DNA from: a virus
Taxonomy: Duplodnaviria > Heunggongvirae > Uroviricota > Caudoviricetes
Reading direction: 5' to 3' (one strand)
Virus record (IMG/VR): IMGVR_UViG_2537561935_000012
Length of the DNA stretch: 64,000 nt
The notes under the pieces were generated by a model. That model was not told the origin of the DNA and searched no databases. It worked only from the letters and a program-made list of their open reading frames with translations. A program made the translations under genes and the position numbers. Shown here piece after piece: positions 44,104 to 53,360 of this stretch (its first letter is position 1; each line of letters starts with the position of its first letter).

Positions 44104-44613
44104 ATGGGGCACAATAACACTAAGGGAAACCGTAAATTTATTAAGGGCCGCTATACTGCCAACGCGGCCAAAGGCGAACGACTGGTATCTTCTGAATTCC
44201 AGCTCACTTTTGCAGGCCATGAAGATATCAGCGTACTGGTTCGCACGTCGCAAATTCCTGAAATGACCCGCGAGGATGTGGAGGACTATGGTCCGAATGG
44301 TGTGAAGTTCAACCAGCACGGTCCAATTCGAAACTCTGGGGAAATCCAGGTCCAGTGCGTGGAGACTATCGAAGGCGATATTCTTCAGTTCATTAAAGAT
44401 CGCATTGCGGCGAAGGACTATGTTGATATCACGATGGCTGCTACCCCTGAATCCAAATCTTCCGGGGTTAACGCTGTGACAAAAGCTGCTACAACAATTG
44501 AAATGTTGGACTGCAAAATCTACAGTGATGCAATCGACTTTAGTACCGAAGATGTGACTGCCGCTGTGCGCCCGTCACTTCGTATCGTCTACAACTGGAT
44601 TGAGTGGGATTAA
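44104..44613 (+). CDS. phage structural protein, possibly tail tube
   Basis: 169-aa ORF followed by a terminator. Confidence 0.4.
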   Translation: MGHNNTKGNRKFIKGRYTANAAKGERLVSSEFQLTFAGHEDISVLVRTSQIPEMTREDVEDYGPNGVKFNQHGPIRNSGEIQVQCVETIEGDILQFIKDRIAAKDYVDITMAATPESKSSGVNAVTKAATTIEMLDCKIYSDAIDFSTEDVTAAVRPSLRIVYNWIEWD

Positions 44614-44633
44614 GAGTCATCCCTTGTATTTTA

Positions 44634-44660
44634 AAGCTCCTTCGGGAGCTTTTTTATTTG
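44634..44660 (+). terminator. rho-independent terminator
   Basis: aaagctccttcgggagcttt hairpin plus T-run. Confidence 0.65.
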
Positions 44661-44729
44661 GAGAGGAAAGGGTGCATTGAGGATACCTGACACACGAAGA
44701 GTGGCAGGGATCTCTCCCCGCCAGGTCTC

Positions 44730-44885
44730 TTACCTTTCAGATTCGTAGGCTGTGAAGACAGTGACCTCCGTCTGGCCGGTTCGGATTCGTACCTCGCAGA
44801 GGTCTTTCCTCGTTACCAGTGCCGTCACAATGACGGTTAAACAGATGACGATCAGAGCGATTAACATCGCTTTTTGCTGCTTCAT
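44730..44885 (-). CDS. hok: Hok/Gef-family type I toxin
   Basis: 51 aa, MKQQKAMLIALIVICLTVIVTALVTRKDLCEVRIRTGQTEVTVFTAYESER; matches Hok pattern ..TRK.LCE.R.R.G..EV..F.AYES; below track size cutoff. Confidence 0.7.
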   Translation of the reverse strand: MKQQKAMLIALIVICLTVIVTALVTRKDLCEVRIRTGQTEVTVFTAYESER

Positions 44886-44943
44886 AGCCTGCTTCTCCTT
44901 GACCTTTTGGTCGGTAAGAGGCTAATCTACGTATGCTAAGCAT
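44737..44943 (-). CDS. mok: Mok-like overlapping reading frame
   Basis: 68-aa ORF that starts upstream of and overlaps hok in another frame. Confidence 0.45.
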   Translation of the reverse strand: MLSIRRLASYRPKGQGEAGYEAAKSDVNRSDRHLFNRHCDGTGNEERPLRGTNPNRPDGGHCLHSLRI

Positions 44944-45066
44944 AGATATGGCCTCAGATTAATGTTAAGCGTCTTGCAGGACGCGTAATGTTATCTGGGG
45001 CTTTCTTCTATCTGCTTTTCGGGTAATGCCTGAAGCAGATAGCCTCAAGCACCCGCAACGATTGTA

Positions 45067-45312
45067 TCAATGTCTGGCTTTTTTTCTATAGAAATCACCT
45101 GGAAGGGTGAATATCCACATCAGAAGAAATGTTGCAGCAAACATGATCCCTAATGGCCAGACCGCGCCAAAGAAAATCCATACTAAGATCTCCTCTGCTT
45201 GTTCTTTGCGGTCGATATCGACAAGCATTTTTCGGCTGATCATGTATACACAGAAGCCAATACAAACATATCCTGCAAAAGCGATCGCTAACTGTAAAAA
45301 ATCAGATTGCAT
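45067..45312 (-). CDS. small membrane protein, about 81 aa
   Basis: two hydrophobic helices; start set at an internal Met downstream of repL. Confidence 0.4.
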   Translation of the reverse strand: MQSDFLQLAIAFAGYVCIGFCVYMISRKMLVDIDRKEQAEEILVWIFFGAVWPLGIMFAATFLLMWIFTLPGDFYRKKARH

Positions 45313-45362
45313 CTCCGACCTCAAACTGAAAACGCCAGGTGACTCCAGATTAGAGCAATCTA

Positions 45363-46208
45363 TCACCCTCTGAATCCTGCCGGTATACCCCATTGTTCGT
45401 TATCTTTATTTTTGGCTAAAACCGCATTAAGAGCTTCGTTTACCGTCATGCAATGCGGCAGATTATCGAAGTTTGATACCCCGCCAATATCAGGAGAACG
45501 CTTGTCCTTCAGGTAAGCATATTTCCGCGCTGCCGCCTCTACCTTCTGCTTGAACTCATGTTTTTGAGCGCGTTTTTTGGATAACCGCAGATTGTCAGCC
45601 TTTGCTTTTGCCTCAGCGATCCATGAAGTCAATTTTTTGAGTCTGGTCGTTCCGGCACCGCCGGAAACTGATCTTTTTGTTTTTTTAACTTGTGACTTCT
45701 TATTCTTTATTGCCACGTCATCCTGACAGGGGGAGGGGGTATCATTTTGACATGGGGGTGTGGATAAAAAATTAAATAAAGCCAATGTCTTAGCGAGAAC
45801 AGCTTTAACCTTGGTTGCCGCTGAAGAGATCTTTAATTTGCTTTCAATCAGCGCATTTTTGGCTTGTTGTGCGAAGGCCAAAAAGGATGGTGTAAACCGG
45901 TACAGGTTAGCGCGACGTTCACGGTGATCGCCGATAACAATCTCTACAGACAGGATTCCTTTGTTTACAGCTTCACGGAATGCACGAACGACGGTTGATT
46001 GGCTATAACCAGTTTCTGCCGCGATCAGGCGGTGAGGCTTGTGAATGAAGTATTCACTGGTTGTTGCCGCGAGATTTGCACATTGCGACAGGATATGCCC
46101 GGCGCTACGGGATAGACCGGAGTGTGTTACAAAGCAGGCCAATTCATAGCCAGAAAAAGTAAAATCGCTCATCGTTATACAGCTCAGGAAAGTGACTTTA
46201 GCCAGCAT
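45363..46208 (-). CDS. repL: lytic replication initiator RepL
   Basis: 281 aa directly downstream of kilA. Confidence 0.8.
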   Translation of the reverse strand: MLAKVTFLSCITMSDFTFSGYELACFVTHSGLSRSAGHILSQCANLAATTSEYFIHKPHRLIAAETGYSQSTVVRAFREAVNKGILSVEIVIGDHRERRANLYRFTPSFLAFAQQAKNALIESKLKISSAATKVKAVLAKTLALFNFLSTPPCQNDTPSPCQDDVAIKNKKSQVKKTKRSVSGGAGTTRLKKLTSWIAEAKAKADNLRLSKKRAQKHEFKQKVEAAARKYAYLKDKRSPDIGGVSNFDNLPHCMTVNEALNAVLAKNKDNEQWGIPAGFRG

Positions 46209-46237
46209 TACAATGCTGGTGGTTCTTACTACGTCTG

Positions 46238-47038
46238 TTAGCGCGTTGCCGCGACAGGTACCAGCACACCAGCATCAAGCAATCGCTTCATCAGCCACTG
46301 CTGACCTTTGCCGGTTATACGAGTCGTGAAAGAAATCCTGCTTCCATTGCTTGTATCGATCACGGTTTCTTTAAGGGTGAAATACCCACGGGATATGTAT
46401 TCTTGTTTGGGGACGTTTCTGCGTTCACCGGTTGCGATCAGAATTCCGTTATCACGCAACCAGGTGAAGAGATAGTTTTGGCCCAGGCCGAGCACTTTGG
46501 CATAGTTGCCGATTAGAACCCCGCTGGCGGTAGCAACGCGTTCGGCGAATTCGACTTTAGGTGCATCCATCAGCATTTTTTGCTCCAGCCGTTGCTTTTG
46601 CTCTGCCAGGTCAGCAGCCAAACGGAGAGCTTCTGGGAGGCTCTTCGGAATAGCAGGTTGTAATCTTCCAGCTCGATAGTCGATAAATGTCTGGTTTACC
46701 TTCAGCCGAAACGCGGGAGAAATCCAACCAGCGTACTCCACTGCGAGCAATTCATGGGCAAAAGTGCCGCCGCCACGGCCTTCGAACGAAACTATGCAAT
46801 TCTGCATAGTTTCTTTTTCAAGCTCTTCGATGAGCTGTTTGGCTGACAGCGTTCTTAGCCATTGAGCTGGCGCTTTATGGGCACCGAGTCCGCTCGCTCT
46901 GTGTAGAGCATTAAGGTTATAACGGCCAGCGCGGTCGGTCGTAATTTCAACACCACAAATAACGGGCAGAGTGGTTGAAGGATCGACATTTTGATGAAGG
47001 TTTGATATATTCATATCCGCATTGAATGTTTGTTGCAT
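46238..47038 (-). CDS. kilA: KilA (KilA-N plus antirepressor-like C-terminal domain)
   Basis: 266 aa; C-terminal domain paralogous to that of the adjacent Ant. Confidence 0.75.
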   Translation of the reverse strand: MQQTFNADMNISNLHQNVDPSTTLPVICGVEITTDRAGRYNLNALHRASGLGAHKAPAQWLRTLSAKQLIEELEKETMQNCIVSFEGRGGGTFAHELLAVEYAGWISPAFRLKVNQTFIDYRAGRLQPAIPKSLPEALRLAADLAEQKQRLEQKMLMDAPKVEFAERVATASGVLIGNYAKVLGLGQNYLFTWLRDNGILIATGERRNVPKQEYISRGYFTLKETVIDTSNGSRISFTTRITGKGQQWLMKRLLDAGVLVPVAATR

Positions 47039-47107
47039 TTTTTCTCCAAATTTGCATCAACCTTCAATCACCAGCTCGAAATGGTGATTATTTGCACTTA
47101 GAAAACG

Positions 47108-47124
47108 AAATTTATTAGAGCAAA
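47108..47124. promoter_or_regulatory. C1 operator-like site (16/17)
   Basis: aaatttattagagcaaa about 70 bp upstream of kilA. Confidence 0.65.
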
Positions 47125-47203
47125 TTTTTCTGACCCGATCCAGATCGGGTTGGACGATCTGCTCAGAAACCTGCCAGTTTGCTGGCAGGTTTTTTTTCTT
47201 TTG

Positions 47204-48250
47204 TTAACCTATTGCTACTGGTTTTAACAAACCAGCATCAAGTAGCTTGCGAGTTAACCACTGCTGGCCTTTACCCGTTAATTGGGGCGTCAGCCGTATC
47301 TGGTAGCCATTTTCATCATCCAGCACCACTTCTTTCACCGTGAAATACCCGGCGTTAATGTACTGCTGGCGCGGTACGTTTTTGCGCGCACCAAAAGCCA
47401 TGAGAATGCCGTTCTGGCGCAACCATGAGAAAAGGGCGTTTTGCTTAAGTCCAACGACCTTTGCAAAGTTCCCGATCAGGATTCCATTAGCCGCTGATAC
47501 CCGGTCGGCAAAATCGACTTTAGGGGCTGCGGCCACCAGCTGTTGTTCCAACTGCATTTTCTGTTCTGCCAACTCGGCAGCCAGGCGTAGAGCTTCTGGT
47601 AATGTTTGGGGGATCGATGGGGTAGGGGAGTTTGCCTGCTGCAATTCTTCCAGTTTGTCGATCAGCGAACGGCGGACCGCTTTCGATTCGCGAGCAGCAA
47701 CGCGCAGGGCTTGTTTGTATGTCATTACTATAACTACCTGATCCGCTCCACCTTTTTTCTTATCCATAGGGGTTACGAAGATTTCGTAACCCTCCCCATC
47801 AAGCTCATCCTTAACTCTGGCAATGAAATCATTGTTGCGAACTGGTTTTTCGCTACATAATTTCCGTGCCTCATTGACCATCTTTAACAGTGTCAGGCTG
47901 TCGATTGTGTCTCCGGTGTTGGGGATAATATTCACGGCTGGTGCTGGCGTAGCTGACGTAACAGGGGCTGGTTTTTCAACATTCAAATTATTACCGGTCA
48001 TTCTATGTGCCTCCTTTCTCATTTCTGCTGCCACTGTTGCGTAACGTAGACGTCCTTGTTCAATCAAATAATCCCTGATCTCGGCTATCAGTAGCCTGTT
48101 GATCACAGCCTTATCTGTTCGGGTATAAAAACGCCTGGTTATCATGAAATAGTTAGCAATTGCGCCGGGGATCTCCCGTGTCGGCATACAGGCAGTATGC
48201 AGGGCGATCGCTTCGGCTATGTCATTACGGGTGACGAGAGGTTTTTTCAT
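47204..48250 (-). CDS. ant: antirepressor Ant
   Basis: 348 aa; C-terminal antirepressor domain; follows icd. Confidence 0.7.
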   Translation of the reverse strand: MKKPLVTRNDIAEAIALHTACMPTREIPGAIANYFMITRRFYTRTDKAVINRLLIAEIRDYLIEQGRLRYATVAAEMRKEAHRMTGNNLNVEKPAPVTSATPAPAVNIIPNTGDTIDSLTLLKMVNEARKLCSEKPVRNNDFIARVKDELDGEGYEIFVTPMDKKKGGADQVVIVMTYKQALRVAARESKAVRRSLIDKLEELQQANSPTPSIPQTLPEALRLAAELAEQKMQLEQQLVAAAPKVDFADRVSAANGILIGNFAKVVGLKQNALFSWLRQNGILMAFGARKNVPRQQYINAGYFTVKEVVLDDENGYQIRLTPQLTGKGQQWLTRKLLDAGLLKPVAIG

Positions 48251-48468
48251 AAACCCCCCTGAACGTCGGCAGAGAAGGGGAGGCTCCAGTAACTAAGTGA
48301 ATTGCGCGAGTTAGTTGAAAAACGGGCAGTAAAAATGCAGGGGCCATCAGGCAATTGAGAGCGTGCTTCGTCTTCTGTTGCAGCGATAACGAAGTGATAG
48401 TGGTGTTTTTTACAGGAATAGAAACGCCAGATGAATTCTTGGCGTGCGCAAGGATTGGCATTAACCAT
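48247..48468 (-). CDS. icd: Icd-like small protein
   Basis: 73 aa, 4-nt overlap with ant; by position and size. Confidence 0.55.
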   Translation of the reverse strand: MVNANPCARQEFIWRFYSCKKHHYHFVIAATEDEARSQLPDGPCIFTARFSTNSRNSLSYWSLPFSADVQGGL

Positions 48469-48479
48469 AGTTACGGCCT

Positions 48480-48640
48480 CGTAAGTTGATAAACAACCTG
48501 CGACCCGCTGCTAAACAGGTGGCAGGACGTGACGGGGTTAGCAGACTGGCACTTACGAAACCAGCAGGCCGAAGCCTCCCCATCACGCCCCACCATAATT
48601 CGGGCGTAACGTGGTTTACGGACACAAAAATACCGCAATA
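48480..48640 (-). ncRNA. c4: c4 antisense repressor RNA region (approximate)
   Basis: GC-rich hairpins between the operator and icd; boundaries not resolved. Confidence 0.3.
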
Positions 48641-48780
48641 TCGGAAATCTGCGGTTGTCCGCGTAAGTATTCAGGCTGCTAAACCCGGTCGCAGAATTTG
48701 CTACGACGGCGGAACTATAAGCCTGAACGATTAAAAGGTCAATATGATGCGAAAAGATAGCATTCGCGACTTAAAAATAC

Positions 48781-48797
48781 AAATTTATTAGAGCATT
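48781..48797. promoter_or_regulatory. C1 operator-like site (16/17)
   Basis: aaatttattagagcatt between immI and the divergent AT-rich cassette. Confidence 0.6.
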
Positions 48798-48893
48798 GCT
48801 TGTTTAATAAATGCACAATTGGATCTAATAACCTCTTTTTTTTAAAGGCGAAAATATGTACCCTAAATGAGTTATAAGGCAGGTGAGGTTATA

Positions 48894-49385
48894 ATGAGAA
48901 AACTATTACTACCGTTATTATTTATGGCTGGGACTGTTAATGCAGCATCAAGCGTGAAGGAGATTTGTACCGATTATACGAAATACCTTGGGCACGTTTA
49001 CGGCTTTGCTGTCAGTCAAGACGAATCCATGCGCAAGAAGTTACTGTCAGATATGAAACGTCTTAAACTTTCTGAAGCGATGGTGCAGCAAGAACTATAT
49101 AAAGTCGCAACCAACGAAAATGCTAAATATCAATATTCTCGCCTATTAAATCCCGACGCAAACGAGATCAATCGAAGCACTTTCGATTATATGGTAAAGG
49201 CATGCGAAACCGCTCCTGATTTTGCTATCCCTAGCTGGGGTGTGCTGGTGGCGAGCAATGCCGTTAATAAAGAAGATGTTGGAAGAAATGGCATTGACTC
49301 AATAAGAAATGCCCCAGGAATGCGCCATCAAAACGTACAGGGTACGCTTGAAGAACGAGCCAGGGGGCCGGGTGTAGCCCCATAA
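48894..49385 (+). CDS. secreted protein with Sit-like C-terminal motif
   Basis: signal peptide MRKLLLPLLFMAGTVNA; C-terminus NAPGMRHQNVQGTLEERARGPG; low GC. Confidence 0.55.
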   Translation: MRKLLLPLLFMAGTVNAASSVKEICTDYTKYLGHVYGFAVSQDESMRKKLLSDMKRLKLSEAMVQQELYKVATNENAKYQYSRLLNPDANEINRSTFDYMVKACETAPDFAIPSWGVLVASNAVNKEDVGRNGIDSIRNAPGMRHQNVQGTLEERARGPGVAP

Positions 49386-49473
49386 TTTAATAAATAATAT
49401 TAAATTCTCTGGGCATAGTGGATCTAACAATATGGACTATGCCTATAATATCTAAAAACAAAAGGATAAAAAT

Positions 49474-49980
49474 ATGAAATTGTATAAGTCATTGTATAGC
49501 TTTTTATTAATGTCCTCTTTTCTGCCATTATCAGCAATGGCAGGTTCTACCGTTTGGACGGTAGGAGGGGAGCAAGGGTGGAGAGAAATCTCTGCAACCA
49601 ATGACGATGGTTACACAATTAACTTTTCTTGTGATGCTGGAGCAAGGGAAGGTTCAGAAGATCATATCGCTGGAAGAAATTTGTATGTAAGCGGAGGAAA
49701 AGAGAATGCCGATTTTTCTACACGCGACACAATATCACGTAAAGCAGATGTAATTACTTTAATTGTTGGCCCGGATAGTTTTAATATTGGCACGCAAAAC
49801 ACTGCTCCTAATCGTAGGGAATGGTATTCATTTTGGAAGGCAGTGTCATCTACAAATGAAAAAAACATAGATGTATATATCGGTTCGAGTCGAATCACAT
49901 CATTCACTCTGGATGGTATTTCCAGTATTTATACAGAAGCTAAAAATGACGGGTGTTTAAAACAAGATGACGGTGAATAA
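49474..49980 (+). CDS. secreted/periplasmic protein
   Basis: 168 aa; signal peptide ending SAMA; low GC. Confidence 0.55.
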   Translation: MKLYKSLYSFLLMSSFLPLSAMAGSTVWTVGGEQGWREISATNDDGYTINFSCDAGAREGSEDHIAGRNLYVSGGKENADFSTRDTISRKADVITLIVGPDSFNIGTQNTAPNRREWYSFWKAVSSTNEKNIDVYIGSSRITSFTLDGISSIYTEAKNDGCLKQDDGE

Positions 49981-51040
49981 AGTGAAGGATATTAAACACA
50001 TTTCGCTTAACTCTAATAATAAAGCTGAAGGCACTGCCTTTTATGATTATTTAAATGAAATTAAAGGAGTGAGGCATAAAAAGATAAGTGGTTTATTAAA
50101 TTCAGAATATATTTACAAGAGTTTAGTTAAACAGTTTGGAACAGTTAAAAAACAAGAATTAATTAATGATTGTTTTCGAAAAGAACTTGAGTCTTTACCA
50201 AAAGTTACGAGAATTGCACACCAGTTTCGTGAACAAATGGTATTTTTACAGAAACAGTATCAGGCGGCTTTTCCCAGTGATGCAAATGAGCATATTCAAA
50301 TAATTAAAAATCAAGCTGAAATGGCTATGCCGTTACGAAAACACTCAGAAGCCATTAATAAGATAGCTGGCTTAAATAATATGGAGGAGGTATTTAAAGA
50401 ATTACACTCTAATATAAATTACAAAATTAAGATAAGCAAAGATATTAAAGAAATAATAAAGCAGTATAATAAAACAAGAAGTGTATTATTAGAGCAAGTA
50501 GTAGAGCTTGGGCTTGTTACTATCGCGCAGGCTTATGCTAATGATTCTATAAAATCAGCGCATACCGAAAGTGAGCATCAAAACAAAGGATTTAATAAAT
50601 CTAGTTCGACGTTTTTTGATTCATTTAAGGCGCTTCCTTCTCCTATTCAGATCTTCCTTCTGTGGATTTTTTATCAAGTGGTGCTTGGCGCTATAACTGA
50701 TTATGCAAAAGAAAAGACATTATCGCAAATTTACAAGATGGAATCATATCTTCTATCTCTAAATGAGGATAAGCCAATATCTAAGCAAAAGCTAACACAA
50801 GAAAATAAAGATATTCAGTGGGAGGATCTTAATAATTTTAGAGCTATAACAGGTGATAACGTAAGGTTGCATGTCGGCCCTTCTTTAAATAGTGAAGTGA
50901 TTGAATGCATTGGCAAAAACACAATTGTTGCTATTTTAGATAAGAAAGATCGTCAATGGCTTTACGTGCAGGTTAAATCAGGGGATGAGTTTATTACTGG
51001 TTGGATTACACGAACATACACAAAGCCTCTTAAGGCTTGA
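49967..51040 (+). CDS. membrane-anchored protein with C-terminal SH3b-like domain
   Basis: 357 aa; TM helix IQIFLLWIFYQVVLGAI; C-terminal NVRLHVGPS...WLYVQV...GWI. Confidence 0.55.
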   Translation: MTVNKVKDIKHISLNSNNKAEGTAFYDYLNEIKGVRHKKISGLLNSEYIYKSLVKQFGTVKKQELINDCFRKELESLPKVTRIAHQFREQMVFLQKQYQAAFPSDANEHIQIIKNQAEMAMPLRKHSEAINKIAGLNNMEEVFKELHSNINYKIKISKDIKEIIKQYNKTRSVLLEQVVELGLVTIAQAYANDSIKSAHTESEHQNKGFNKSSSTFFDSFKALPSPIQIFLLWIFYQVVLGAITDYAKEKTLSQIYKMESYLLSLNEDKPISKQKLTQENKDIQWEDLNNFRAITGDNVRLHVGPSLNSEVIECIGKNTIVAILDKKDRQWLYVQVKSGDEFITGWITRTYTKPLKA

Positions 51041-51144
51041 ATTTTATCTCCGCATCTTCGGATTGGGTGTTGATGACGATGTGCTACTTGAAGCACTTGA
51101 GTTGTTTTAACGTAGTATCTGAAATGTGTAGACTGACCGGTAAC

Positions 51145-51163
51145 AAATGACAACTCGTAGAAT
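51145..51163 (+). promoter_or_regulatory. candidate late promoter
   Basis: AAATGACAA-ctcg-TAGAAT about 30 nt before the ATG at 51195; followed by a 5'-UTR hairpin. Confidence 0.4.
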
Positions 51164-51170
51164 CGGTTAA

Positions 51171-51761
<591 letters not shown>

Positions 51762-51771
51762 GGGGGCTGAT

Positions 51772-52383
51772 ATGGGGCTTAATGTTGCTTCAGTAAAGTC
51801 TTATGTCTCTTCGGCATTAACGACGACATTATTTGGCTCCGGCGTTGGTGAGCGGGAAGTTGGTAAGCTGACGTCAATCATCATGAACAAAATGCTGTTC
51901 GCGCAAGGATGGCAGTTCTCTGTCGAAGTTGATGGACTGGAGGGGGCAGATTTCTTTGCCAAAGATATTACCTACCACGATTACAGCATCGAATATGAAA
52001 CGATTAAAATCGGCGGAGGGAATATCCTTCAGCCAACGGAGCGTTCGCCTGGGCAGATAACGATGATGGTCAGGGATACCGTTGATGGCCTCGTTTTGGA
52101 CTGGTTTAAGACGGCAAAAAGTCGGGTGATCAATCCGGACGGTACCGGGAATATACCGTCTAAATATTTGCTCAATGTGCGTATTTATCGGTTGCTGTCC
52201 TCCGGTTTAACCAAACTGGAAAATGAGATGACGGTATTCCCGGTCACTACCGGCGATGTCACCTATGCGCGAGATCAGGTTACTGAATTTAAGTCATTCC
52301 CAATGACCTTCGCATTGCACAGCACGTTTAACCAATCCTCAAGTTCTTTGGCTTCCCTTCTGGGCTTTAGCTTTTCTCTTTGA
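51772..52383 (+). CDS. phage tail morphogenesis protein
   Basis: 203-aa ORF. Confidence 0.45.
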   Translation: MGLNVASVKSYVSSALTTTLFGSGVGEREVGKLTSIIMNKMLFAQGWQFSVEVDGLEGADFFAKDITYHDYSIEYETIKIGGGNILQPTERSPGQITMMVRDTVDGLVLDWFKTAKSRVINPDGTGNIPSKYLLNVRIYRLLSSGLTKLENEMTVFPVTTGDVTYARDQVTEFKSFPMTFALHSTFNQSSSSLASLLGFSFSL

Positions 52384-52397
52384 ATTAAGGAGCAAGG

Positions 52398-53279
52398 ATG
52401 CTTTTACCTCTTTTCCCGCTACCATCGCGGCCAACTGAATTGATCCAGTTCCGTCAGCCAAATATTGCTGATGCGATGCGTTTCAACTCGATAACACCGG
52501 AGGAACAAGAACAACAGACAACGGCGTATTTAAAAGCCTTGCTGGCTGAACCCGCGAAACATGATCCCCTGACATGGACGGCGCAGGACCGGATTACCGC
52601 GTTATGGTGGATATTTACCGGCTCCCGTGAAACACCGGTCGAGACATTCACCTACACCTGTAAACATTGCGGTAAAGAGCATTATTACGATTGCGATATG
52701 AATGCTCTGGCTGAAGATATCCAGGTCCTGGAAGTGGAACCGTTCATTGACGATATTGAGGTGTCTGTAGAGGGAGTGCCTTATCAATGGCGTATCGTGC
52801 CGCTTGATGGTTGGGCAATGGAAATGCTGGAGATGCGCCGTGCAGCATTGCCACCTGAAGACGACGCGGAATTCAAAGAAGCGATCGTTGATTTGCGTTT
52901 TTGGGAATTCGCTTATCAGTGTGAGCTTTATAACGATGTTAGTGGTACTCGTGAAGATCAGGCTGAGCGTCGTTATGAAACGATTAAACGGATGGCCATT
53001 GATACTGAATTTATGAAGCTGGCGGCACACATCCGACTGGCTCATGAAAAGCTCGAACATGGTTTACCATGCTACATCGATAAAGGTGAAATGCGTCTTC
53101 GTCTCCCGCCGCACAAATGCCCAAACCAGGATAAAAAGGAGTCCACAGAGGGTGCGTTTACCCGTCTGTGGGTGCCCTTTCGGGCTACCGACTTCATTCC
53201 ACAGGTGGGGATTGAAAAGCTATCAGACCTTAGTATCCAACCTGGTTTTGTATGGGGGTATACCGATTCAGGACGCTGA
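52398..53279 (+). CDS. phage tail morphogenesis protein with Cys motif
   Basis: 293 aa; CKHCGKEHYYDCD. Confidence 0.45.
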   Translation: MLLPLFPLPSRPTELIQFRQPNIADAMRFNSITPEEQEQQTTAYLKALLAEPAKHDPLTWTAQDRITALWWIFTGSRETPVETFTYTCKHCGKEHYYDCDMNALAEDIQVLEVEPFIDDIEVSVEGVPYQWRIVPLDGWAMEMLEMRRAALPPEDDAEFKEAIVDLRFWEFAYQCELYNDVSGTREDQAERRYETIKRMAIDTEFMKLAAHIRLAHEKLEHGLPCYIDKGEMRLRLPPHKCPNQDKKESTEGAFTRLWVPFRATDFIPQVGIEKLSDLSIQPGFVWGYTDSGR

Positions 53280-53360
53280 AAGGCTTACTGAATCCTATGC
53301 GTTTTTCCTGTTGGAGAAACTGGAAGAAAAACTTAAACCGAAACGGTAGGCGATAAGATC

